From the NCBI GenBank assembly GCA_049472355.1, contig JBLIRP010000055.1, forward strand, positions 1-26,288: a stretch of DNA of 26,288 nucleotides. Direction: 5' to 3'. Within the stretch, counting starts at the first letter, position 1. Each line of letters starts with the position of its first letter. Made by a program: the position numbers and the translations under genes. This document shows positions 10,466 to 19,262 of this stretch, piece after piece. The stretch is from a bacterium. GTDB lineage: Bacteria > SZUA-182 > DTGQ01 > JAFGSM01. The notes below the pieces were generated by a model that was given only the letters and a program-made list of their open reading frames with translations, was not told the origin of the DNA and ran no database searches.

Positions 10466-11974
10466 ATGAGCTTCAGAGAGTCACTGTTTGAGAGCCTGAA
10501 GGGTGCATTCGTCGAGGAGTCCATCACCGAATACACCATCACCGTCCTTCTGGTCGATGACTCCCGAACGGTGTGCGAGGCGATCAGTGAAATCCTTTCC
10601 GGAGAAAAGGACATCGCCTTTCACTACTGCACCGATCCCGAGGAGGAGGAAGCGGTTGCCGAGCGGGTAAGGCCCACCGTCATCCTCCAGGATCTGGTCA
10701 TGCCCGGAATCGACGGCCTCACCATGGTCAAAAAGCTGCGGGAAAACGAGGTCACCAGGGACGTGCCCATGATCGTGCTCTCCGCCGAGGAGGACCCTCA
10801 AATCAAGGCCAAGGCGTTTGAAACGGGCGCCAATGACTTTATGGTGAAATTCCCCGACACCATGGAGCTGGTCGCCCGGATACGACACCATTCCAAAAGC
10901 TATATCAACCTCCTGCAGCGCAACGAGGCATACCGGGCGCTGGTGGAGAGCCAGCGCAGGCTGGAGATCCGCAATCGTTTCATCATGAAGACCTTCGGAC
11001 GGTATCTTTCGGACGAGGTGGTGAACCAGTTGCTTGAAACCCCCGAAGGACTCCACCTGGGAGGAGAAAAACGGAAGGTGACCATCATGATGTCAGACCT
11101 GCGGGGATTCACCTCCATTAGTGAAAAATTACAGCCGGAACAGGTCATGACCACCATCAACAACTATCTGGAGACCATGACCACCATCATCTTCAAGCAC
11201 CACGGCACCATTGTGGAGTTTATCGGTGACGCCATCCTCTCTGTTTTCGGGGCGCCCACCAATATGGATGATGATGCGGCCAGTGCGGTGGCGTGCGCCG
11301 TCGAGATGCAACTGGCCATGGATGAGGTAAACGAAAGAAACAGGAACGAAGGGCTGCCCAGGCTGAATATGGGGATCGGCATCAACACCGGAGAGGTCAT
11401 CGTCGGGAACATCGGCTCGGTAAAACGGGTAAAATACGGCGTGGTGGGAAGGAATGTGAACCTGGCTTCACGCATAGAATCCCTGACCATCGGCGGGCAG
11501 ATCCTGATATCCGAAAGCACCAGGTATGATATCGGGGATACCCTCAAGTTGGGCAGGCAGATGGAGGTGGAGACAAAGGGGATCGACGAGCCCATCACCG
11601 TTTTCGAGGTGCTCGGATTGGGGGGAGACTATGCCCTCTTCCTCCCCGAGTGCTTTACCGAAGAGCTCCTCATGCTCCAGAAGGAGATCCCTGTTAAATT
11701 CGTTCTGGTCAAGGGCAAGGTGGCTGAAAGTGCTACATGCCCGGGAAGCATCCTGAGGCTTTCCCCAACCAAGGCGCTGGTCAAATCCCCGACAAAGGTG
11801 GACGAGCTCAGCGATGTAAAATTCCTGCTGGTGGGCCAAAACGACGAAGACATACCCATCGACCTCTATGCAAAGGTGGTGGGCCAGGGGGAGGGGACAT
11901 TTCTGGTCCATTTCACCTCCATGCCGAAGGTTACGGAAAACTACCTCAAGGGTATCCTGGATACCTGTCAATAA
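10466..11974 (+). CDS. Response regulator: WspR-like receiver + coiled stalk + class III adenylate/guanylate cyclase + C-terminal PilZ-like beta domain
   Basis: Receiver VLLVDD...ILQDLVMPGIDG...GANDFMVK; cyclase MMSDLRGFT, EFIGDAI, GIGINTGEVIVGNIGS, VNLASRIES, GQILIS. Start codon uncertain; the PilZ-like call is weak. Confidence 0.9.
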   Translation: MSFRESLFESLKGAFVEESITEYTITVLLVDDSRTVCEAISEILSGEKDIAFHYCTDPEEEEAVAERVRPTVILQDLVMPGIDGLTMVKKLRENEVTRDVPMIVLSAEEDPQIKAKAFETGANDFMVKFPDTMELVARIRHHSKSYINLLQRNEAYRALVESQRRLEIRNRFIMKTFGRYLSDEVVNQLLETPEGLHLGGEKRKVTIMMSDLRGFTSISEKLQPEQVMTTINNYLETMTTIIFKHHGTIVEFIGDAILSVFGAPTNMDDDAASAVACAVEMQLAMDEVNERNRNEGLPRLNMGIGINTGEVIVGNIGSVKRVKYGVVGRNVNLASRIESLTIGGQILISESTRYDIGDTLKLGRQMEVETKGIDEPITVFEVLGLGGDYALFLPECFTEELLMLQKEIPVKFVLVKGKVAESATCPGSILRLSPTKALVKSPTKVDELSDVKFLLVGQNDEDIPIDLYAKVVGQGEGTFLVHFTSMPKVTENYLKGILDTCQ

Positions 11975-12053
11975 AAGCCATCGGAAGCGGTCCTTTTCTG
12001 CTCCGGAATCGGCGATCCTTTTCTCTTCAGCAACCTGCAATTCAGATAATCCC

Positions 12054-12083
12054 TTGACCTCGCGAAGGGCGGTGGTATATAAA
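12054..12083 (+). promoter_or_regulatory. Putative sigma70 promoter for the giant STAND-like gene
   Basis: TTGACC followed after 16-18 nt by TATATA/TATAAA with an upstream TG. Confidence 0.45.
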
Positions 12084-12193
12084 TGCACATAATTCTGTTA
12101 CATAATGAGGGCTCCGCAGGGATTAACCGGCCTCGATGATCACGGTTATGCGCATTGGCAAGGGACACCGAAAAAATCGGAGGGACAAGAACA

Positions 12194-15100
12194 ATGACTT
12201 CCATTACGTGGCTTCATATCTCTGATTTGCATGCCTGCCATCCGGCACATAAATGCGAGTACCATGAAGTTGCGGAGAAGTTGATCGACGATCTGAACCT
12301 CCTGAAGAGGAAACACGATCTCGCCCCTGACATGATATTCTTTACCGGGGATGCCATATTCGGCAACCCTGCCGGCGGGGAAGGGAAATCGATGCCGGAG
12401 CAGTATGCGGAGGCTGCCGCGTTCATGGAAACCATCCGCACTACGTTCGGGGAACGTGTTCCCAAGAGAAATGTCTTCATCATCCCCGGGAATCACGATG
12501 TGAATCTCACGGTGGACAGCAAGTCCCTCATCCTATGGCTTCGGGAAAAGGCGGACCTTCGAAAACTGACCGACATGATCCACGACCCCAACAGCCTTTG
12601 GCGCTCATATGTGACAAAACTGCGCGAATACCGTGACTTTCTCAAGACGTTCGGCTATGACCACCTCATTGACGATCCCTCCCGGGTGAACTATTCCGAC
12701 ATCAGGGAATTCAACGGCGTGAAGATCGCCATCGCCGGATTCAATTCCGCATGGTCTTCCTCGGGCAAGGGAAAGAGAGAGAAGGGGAAGCTCTGGCTGG
12801 ATGGTGACCGGCAACTGGACCTCTTCCGCTCGACGCTCCCCAAGGCCAACTTTTCCATTGCCTTGATGCACCATCCGGTTGACTGGTTTACCAAGAAGGA
12901 GAGCGCCTTTTTCCTGCAACGATTGGAGTCCGATTTCAAATTCCTGCTCCACGGACACGATCACACGCGCTGGGTGACCCCGCGCAACGAACACACCCGC
13001 ATCGCAGCGGGCACCTGCTATCACCACCGAACCAAGAAATCCGGGTACAATGTCGTGCAATTGAATCTGGAGGAGGGAACGGGCGTCATATGGCTTCGGG
13101 AATATGATCCTGCAGGGCAGGGTGCATGGGCGCCGTGCCGGTCCGATGCGGAAGAGGTCGACGAGCAGGGGCGGCACCGACTGAAGAACGTCGCGTGGCT
13201 GCGCGACCTTCGAGACACCCTCAGCATCGGCACGGGGATGCCGGAGGATGCAGGGGCCCGTTCGTCAATGTATGCAATCCACAGCGGCCTGGAACGAACA
13301 CGGATGGATACGATCCCGTTACTGCCATCCCGGCCTCCGCGGTTGGTTCAAAAATCCTACGAGGTCATGTACAACATCGATCAGTCCGTGCTTCGCGAGG
13401 ACGCCCTGGAGGGAGATCCGACACGGATCAGGGAACTCTTCCTTCCGAAGGAGGACATCGACTTCCGCATCATCACCAGTGAGAATGCCGAAGAGGTGCC
13501 CGCTGAAGAAAAGTCACCCTGCTTCCACGAGCTCAGGACAGATGAGCACATTCAAAGACACTTCATTCCCCTGCCCAAGATCGTGAATCATCTGGATGAA
13601 TGGCTTTCATCAAAAGGGGACCTCCTGTTCACCGGCGCCCCGTTTTGCGGAAAAACGAGCCTCCTCACCTTCCTCTCTCTGGAGGCGCATAAACGATTCG
13701 GGAGCCAGGTGCCCATTGTGCGCCTGAAGACCGGCAAGGGCCTGTCCATCGATGATGTGGAAGACGCCGTGTCAAGGCTCCTACAGCGCCTCGAGCATGC
13801 GGGGGTGATCGGGAAGGAGACGCAGCCCATCATCGTGATCGATGATGTCCATGAACCGGGGACTTTTGCCATATGCAGGGAACTTCTGCGCTCACCCCGG
13901 CAGTGGAGGGTGTGGGGTGCGGCCCGCTGCGCCGAATTCGATGCGATCTCCTCGCAGGAAGGCAATCCATGGGGCAAAAGGGGAATAGTCAAAAATGCCT
14001 GCGATCTGGTGGACGAGGAGGATGTGAGGTTTTTCACCGATACCGTTCTTCGCCCGGTACTCGTTGCCAGAGGCGAGGAGGAACGGATCGACGAGATCAA
14101 TGAGGCGATCATTTCAATGGGCCGGGTCCCGGTCAGGTATCTCTGCCAGATGTGGGACCTCCTCACCAATCGCGCAGGTAAGGGAACCGAACGGTATGCC
14201 TCGCTCATACGGAAGGAACCAACCAGCGTTGAGGAGGTGGTAAAATCGGTTCTTCCGCGTACTATCCCGGGCTTGAAGGCGCTCGTGATTACCGATTTCC
14301 TCAAGGGTCCATCCTGGGAGCTCTTACGATATGTGCTCGGGAAGGTCGAACAATTCGGGGAGGAACTTGCAGGCGCCACCATTGAATCGTTGCGCAGGAC
14401 ATTGGCACTCCTTGACGACCCTGAAGATCCGAAGAGGGTCTTCATGTACAGACCGTTAGGGGAGGAAATCCGCACGCAGGGAAATCTTTCCTCCTTATTT
14501 CAACAGGAAATATGGGAAGGGATCCAGGAATTCCTCGAGGATTGGAACCGCATCAAGGAAGAGGGTATCCCTGAACATCTGTGCGCATTCTGGCTCTCCC
14601 TGTCGGAATGTGCCCAGGCATACGACCAAAAAGAGATTGCGGTTCGGTGCGCTGAAAGGGCGCTCGAGTATGCCTCCGGGGAGCAGGAGATAAAGGCCCT
14701 CTTCGAGATCGCACTGGCCACGAATCGATTGACCGGAAAATGGTGTGAGAACACCATCAACCTCCTGTGGCGAGCGATCGAAAAGTCCGGGCAACTGGAG
14801 AAGGTGACGCTGGACGCTGCGTATGCAAAGGCAATCCTCGGCAACCTCTTCCTCAATATCGTCCCCCCGAACATCAAAAAGGCCGTATCATTTCTTCATG
14901 AGGCAAAGAGCGCCTGCGAATTCCTCGGCGCCGACTCCGACGTCGGACACCTGAATAAGACAATGGCGCTCGCCAAGACAAACCTGGGGGAAATTGAGAT
15001 TTCGGAGGCCATCCACCATGCGCGACATGCACTCGGGACATACCGCAAGCTCAAGAACACCGCCAAGGAGATCGAGAGTCTCTGCCTCCTGGCATATTGC

Positions 15101-18100
15101 CTCCGCATGCAGTCAAATCCCGATTGGGCCGAGGCGATCATCTGTTACCAGGAGGCATTGAAACTGCAGATAGAGCCGGAACAACAGTCGGACCGGGCCC
15201 GCACGCTCTTCCAACTGGCTTTTTGCCTCTACACCCAGCCGGAGACTGATTGGACGGAGGCATTAAAGGCGTCCAGGGAGTCTGTCCGGATTCTCAGGGA
15301 GCGCGGCAATCCACGCGATCTTGTGGATCACATGGTTCAGTATGCCTGGCTGTGCCACCAGCAGCCCGATCCGGATTGGCATGAGGCCGTTTCCACGTAC
15401 CGGGAGGCATTGAGGCTCCTCACCAGCCCGGAAGATCATGCGGATCGTGCACTCATCCTCTACCTTTTGGCATACTGTCTTTCCCATCAACCCACCCCCG
15501 ATTGGGCGGAGTCCGTTACCCACTATCGGGAGGCACTGAACTATCAAGAGACACTGGGACTGGACGCAGACCATGCGCTGACACTGTGTCAATGCGCACT
15601 CTGTCTCCATACGCAGCCCTCCCCGGACTGGACCGGGGCCATCGCCCTGTACCGGGAGGCGCTGAAACTCCTTACGGGTCTTCACCAGCGTACGGATCGG
15701 GCCCAGGCCCTCCATCAACTCGCCCACTGTCTCCACAATCAGCCCGAACCCGACTGGGCGGGTGCCATCACCTGCTACCAGGGCGCCTTGGAGCTGCTGA
15801 CCGATCCCAAACACCGGAAGGAGCGGGCGGAGATATTCTACAGCATTGCCTATTGTCTCCATAGCCAGCTCCAGCCTGACTGGGCAGGGGCCATAACCTG
15901 CTACGAAAGGTCCTTCGAACTGTTGACCGAACCGGACGAACAGGCGGATCGGGCGCAGGACCTCTATCAATTGGCATATTGCCTGCATAACCAGCCGGTG
16001 CCTAAATGGCACCTGGCCATCTCCCGGTACCGCCAGGCACTGGAGCTCTTCACTGCACCCGAGGAACGCTCGGACCGGGCACAAACCTACTATCAACTCG
16101 CCTTCTGCCTGCACAACCAGCCGAAGCCCGATTGGCACCAGGCCATCTCCCACTACCGCCGGGCACTGGAGCTCTTCACCGGACCCGAGGAATACACCGA
16201 TCGCGCCCTGACCCTGTACCAATTGGCATACTGCCTGCACAACCAGCCCAAGCCCGATTGGCACCAGGCCATCTCCTGCTACCGCCAGGCATTGGAGCTC
16301 TTCACCGTAACCGGGGAACATGCCGAGAGGGCGCAGACCCTTTGCCAGTTGGCATACTGCCTGCACCACCAGCCCAAGCCGGATTGGCACGAGGCCATCA
16401 CCCACTACCACGGTGCCCTGACATATTTCATCGATCCCGAGCACCGGATCGAACGGGCATTGATCCTCTGCCAACTCGCCTACTGTCAGTTCAACCAGCC
16501 GCAGCCTGAATGGTGCGAGGCCGTTGCATCCTTTCGGGAGGCGCTCGAGCACCTGACCGGACCCGAGCATCACACGGAGCGGACACAATCACTCTACCGC
16601 CTCGCCTATTGCCTCTACAACCAGCCCGAGCCCGACTGGGTCGAGGCGGTCAGGTACTACCGGGAGGCGATCGAACACCTGACCGGACCCGGGCACCAGG
16701 CGGAGCGTGCACAGTCCCTCCACCGCCTCGCCTATTGCCTCTGCAACCAGCCCAAGCCCGACTGGGCAGGGGCGATCACCGCATCCCTGGAAACGATCGA
16801 GATCATGAAGGCACGCGCCGATACCCAGGGGTTCCTGGATTCGCTCATCCAATATGCATGGATCTGCCACAACCAGGAGTATCCGGATTGGCCGGAGGCG
16901 ATCGAGACATACCGGGAGGCGCTGGAGATTCTTGACGACCCCATATATCTGGAGGCACGGGCGCGCACAATGTACCAATTGGGGTTGTGCCTCTATCGCC
17001 AGACGGAGCCGGAGTGGCCCGAGGCAATCACCTGTTTCATGAAGATCCTGGAACTCCAGACGGAGAACCCCGAGCTGCCGCACCGGGGTCTTACCTTGTA
17101 CCAGATGGGATTTTGTTTCCACAACCAGGAGGAACCCGACTGGTCACGGGCGATCACCTGTTATCGGAAGGCCCTGGAACTGCTGGGGGAACCCGCTCAG
17201 AGGCATGACCGTGCCCGCGCCCTTATTCAACTCGCCACATGTTTTCACACCAAACCAAACCCGGACTGGGAGGAGGCCATTACCTTTTATCGAGAGGCTC
17301 TGGAACTGCTGACGGATCCGGAGCAGGCGGACGAACGGGCGCGCACCCTTGTTCAACTGGCCACATGCCTCCACGACAAGCCTCAACCCGACCTTCCCCT
17401 GGCCATTACCTCCTATGAGCAGGCATTGAATCTGCAGGCGGATCCGGATAAACGAAATGACCGGGCGATTACCCTCGTTCACCTTGCCTCATGCCTTCAT
17501 ACCCAGCCACAGCCGGATCTTGCACAGGCGGCCGGCTGTTATCGGGCGGCCCTTGAGATCCTCACGGAGCCTGAACAGCAACTGGAGCGGGCCAGGGCAT
17601 ATTATTGGCTGGCCTATTGCCTTCACAACCTGCCTGACCCGGACTGGCTCGAATTGGTACACGCATCACGCGAATCGGTGGAGATATTCAAAGGGCTTAA
17701 CAGGCCTCACGAGTTGCTGGACGCCCTTATCCAGCATGCCTGGCTCTGCTACAACCAGCCTGAACCTGCCTGGGGAGAGGCCATAGAAAGCTTCCGGCAC
17801 ATCATAGCACTTCAGATTGAGCCTCACCAGGAGGCGGATCGTGCACGGTCATTGTATCTTTTAGCCTATTGCCTGCATAACCAGCCGGAGCCCGACTGGG
17901 CCGAGGCCATGCAGCGCTATAGGGAGGCACTGGAACTGCAGGAAGGGGATGAATACCGCTCCGAACGGGCCATCACCTTCTATCAGCTTGCATACTGTCT
18001 CCAAAACAGGCCGAACCCGGACTGGGCCGAGGCCATCCGGCTCTACCAGGAGGCGATGGACCTTGTCAAGGATCAGGGGAAAAAGGTGGATCAGGGATTG

Positions 18101-19258
18101 ATCCTCTTCTGGCTGGCGTCCTGCCTGCACAACAAACCCGAGCCCGACTGGGACGGTGCGCTGAAGGCGTCCCGGGAGTCCGTGGCGATCTTCCAGGAAC
18201 TCAACGAGACCGGTGACCTCCTGGATTCCCTGATGCAGTATGCGTGGTTATGCCACAACAAGCCCGAGCCCGACTGGGACGAGGCAATACAGCATTACCA
18301 GGAGGCCCTGACGTTCCAAACGAAGCCGGATCAGCAGGCGGAACGCGCCCTCACCCTCTTCCAACTGGGGTTATGTTCCCACTGCAAACCTGTGCCTGAA
18401 TGGGATCAGGCAATCCACTATTACGATCAGGCTCTCAATCTTCAGACCCCTGAGGAGCTGTCTGCTGACCGCGCGCGCACGCTCTGCAGCCTGGCCTTTT
18501 GCTGTCAGAACAAGCCCGAACCCGATTGGCGCAGGGCTGTCCAGCGCTACCAGGAGGCCATTGAAATCCTCCCCGCATCAGAGCAGCGTGCCGAACGGGC
18601 CAGGGTCCTCTACCAGCTTGCAAATTGCCTGAGCAGGCAACCCAAGCCCGACTGGGACAGCGCAGGCAGGTATGCGCGGGAGGCCCTCGATCTGTCTCGT
18701 ATTCCTGGAGAACGCACCCAAACCCCATTGCCATCCTCTCAATTGGCAAGCATATTCGAGGAGATGTCATCCCCTGATCTGGATGCGGCAGTGAATTTCC
18801 GTCGGGAGACCGTTGAGGCCACCAAGAATGTCAACAGTATCTTCGAGTTGATCGTTGCCGTGGACAGAAAGGGAGAGTTCGAGGAAGGCGACTACTGGGC
18901 GCAGAAGGTACAGGGCACCCGGCTCATCGATATCGACGAGCCCGACCGGGAGGCGCTGGAGGACCAAAGGACGGCCTTCCTGGAACTGCGCAGGGATTCA
19001 CTCGACGGGGTGCTCACCATTGCCGACAGGCTCCGCGACGGGCCGCAGCATTCGCGCGCACTCTCCCTGGCCGCCATCGCGCACTTTGCCAGGGAGGAAA
19101 ACGCCGCCGCGTACCAGGACATTGTCAATGCGCAGGCAAGCCGCGAGGACATCTCCTGGCTGCGGAAGATTGCGGAGGGATACTTCAGGCGATACCGCCG
19201 GGACAAGTTGGGGGGGTTCCTGCAAATGGTCGAGGAGGTCTCCCAGGGCCGGCCTTGA
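12194..19258 (+). CDS. NLR/STAND-like protein (~2354 aa): calcineurin-like metallophosphoesterase + P-loop NTPase + long TPR-like repeat array
   Basis: All five metallophosphoesterase motifs (HISDLH, FTGD, PGNHD, MHHP, HGHDH); Walker A GAPFCGKTS (~13634), Walker B IIVIDDVH (~13829); 42-aa helical repeats. ATG at 12194 follows GGAGGGA. Confidence 0.88.
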   Translation: MTSITWLHISDLHACHPAHKCEYHEVAEKLIDDLNLLKRKHDLAPDMIFFTGDAIFGNPAGGEGKSMPEQYAEAAAFMETIRTTFGERVPKRNVFIIPGNHDVNLTVDSKSLILWLREKADLRKLTDMIHDPNSLWRSYVTKLREYRDFLKTFGYDHLIDDPSRVNYSDIREFNGVKIAIAGFNSAWSSSGKGKREKGKLWLDGDRQLDLFRSTLPKANFSIALMHHPVDWFTKKESAFFLQRLESDFKFLLHGHDHTRWVTPRNEHTRIAAGTCYHHRTKKSGYNVVQLNLEEGTGVIWLREYDPAGQGAWAPCRSDAEEVDEQGRHRLKNVAWLRDLRDTLSIGTGMPEDAGARSSMYAIHSGLERTRMDTIPLLPSRPPRLVQKSYEVMYNIDQSVLREDALEGDPTRIRELFLPKEDIDFRIITSENAEEVPAEEKSPCFHELRTDEHIQRHFIPLPKIVNHLDEWLSSKGDLLFTGAPFCGKTSLLTFLSLEAHKRFGSQVPIVRLKTGKGLSIDDVEDAVSRLLQRLEHAGVIGKETQPIIVIDDVHEPGTFAICRELLRSPRQWRVWGAARCAEFDAISSQEGNPWGKRGIVKNACDLVDEEDVRFFTDTVLRPVLVARGEEERIDEINEAIISMGRVPVRYLCQMWDLLTNRAGKGTERYASLIRKEPTSVEEVVKSVLPRTIPGLKALVITDFLKGPSWELLRYVLGKVEQFGEELAGATIESLRRTLALLDDPEDPKRVFMYRPLGEEIRTQGNLSSLFQQEIWEGIQEFLEDWNRIKEEGIPEHLCAFWLSLSECAQAYDQKEIAVRCAERALEYASGEQEIKALFEIALATNRLTGKWCENTINLLWRAIEKSGQLEKVTLDAAYAKAILGNLFLNIVPPNIKKAVSFLHEAKSACEFLGADSDVGHLNKTMALAKTNLGEIEISEAIHHARHALGTYRKLKNTAKEIESLCLLAYCLRMQSNPDWAEAIICYQEALKLQIEPEQQSDRARTLFQLAFCLYTQPETDWTEALKASRESVRILRERGNPRDLVDHMVQYAWLCHQQPDPDWHEAVSTYREALRLLTSPEDHADRALILYLLAYCLSHQPTPDWAESVTHYREALNYQETLGLDADHALTLCQCALCLHTQPSPDWTGAIALYREALKLLTGLHQRTDRAQALHQLAHCLHNQPEPDWAGAITCYQGALELLTDPKHRKERAEIFYSIAYCLHSQLQPDWAGAITCYERSFELLTEPDEQADRAQDLYQLAYCLHNQPVPKWHLAISRYRQALELFTAPEERSDRAQTYYQLAFCLHNQPKPDWHQAISHYRRALELFTGPEEYTDRALTLYQLAYCLHNQPKPDWHQAISCYRQALELFTVTGEHAERAQTLCQLAYCLHHQPKPDWHEAITHYHGALTYFIDPEHRIERALILCQLAYCQFNQPQPEWCEAVASFREALEHLTGPEHHTERTQSLYRLAYCLYNQPEPDWVEAVRYYREAIEHLTGPGHQAERAQSLHRLAYCLCNQPKPDWAGAITASLETIEIMKARADTQGFLDSLIQYAWICHNQEYPDWPEAIETYREALEILDDPIYLEARARTMYQLGLCLYRQTEPEWPEAITCFMKILELQTENPELPHRGLTLYQMGFCFHNQEEPDWSRAITCYRKALELLGEPAQRHDRARALIQLATCFHTKPNPDWEEAITFYREALELLTDPEQADERARTLVQLATCLHDKPQPDLPLAITSYEQALNLQADPDKRNDRAITLVHLASCLHTQPQPDLAQAAGCYRAALEILTEPEQQLERARAYYWLAYCLHNLPDPDWLELVHASRESVEIFKGLNRPHELLDALIQHAWLCYNQPEPAWGEAIESFRHIIALQIEPHQEADRARSLYLLAYCLHNQPEPDWAEAMQRYREALELQEGDEYRSERAITFYQLAYCLQNRPNPDWAEAIRLYQEAMDLVKDQGKKVDQGLILFWLASCLHNKPEPDWDGALKASRESVAIFQELNETGDLLDSLMQYAWLCHNKPEPDWDEAIQHYQEALTFQTKPDQQAERALTLFQLGLCSHCKPVPEWDQAIHYYDQALNLQTPEELSADRARTLCSLAFCCQNKPEPDWRRAVQRYQEAIEILPASEQRAERARVLYQLANCLSRQPKPDWDSAGRYAREALDLSRIPGERTQTPLPSSQLASIFEEMSSPDLDAAVNFRRETVEATKNVNSIFELIVAVDRKGEFEEGDYWAQKVQGTRLIDIDEPDREALEDQRTAFLELRRDSLDGVLTIADRLRDGPQHSRALSLAAIAHFAREENAAAYQDIVNAQASREDISWLRKIAEGYFRRYRRDKLGGFLQMVEEVSQGRP
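15065..18695 (+). repeat. Intragenic tandem array of 29 x 126-bp (42-aa) TPR-like repeats
   Basis: Consensus RAxxLYQLAYCLHNQPxPDWxEAIxxYREALELxTxPExxxD. The anchor Trp codons at 15125 and 18653 are 3528 bp apart, exactly 28 x 126. Confidence 0.95.
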
Positions 19259-19262
19259 GGGG

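Noticed and set aside
10466..11974. Cyclase as a Pycsar or CBASS defence cyclase
   Set aside because: It is a receiver-fused signalling-type class III cyclase; no adjacent cNMP-binding TIR or transmembrane effector and no CD-NTase motif was seen.
15065..18695. 126-bp repeats as a CRISPR array or DGR template/variable repeat
   Set aside because: The repeats are degenerate, in-frame and protein-coding with no repeat-spacer structure; no cas or reverse transcriptase gene is present, and the differences are not adenine-specific.
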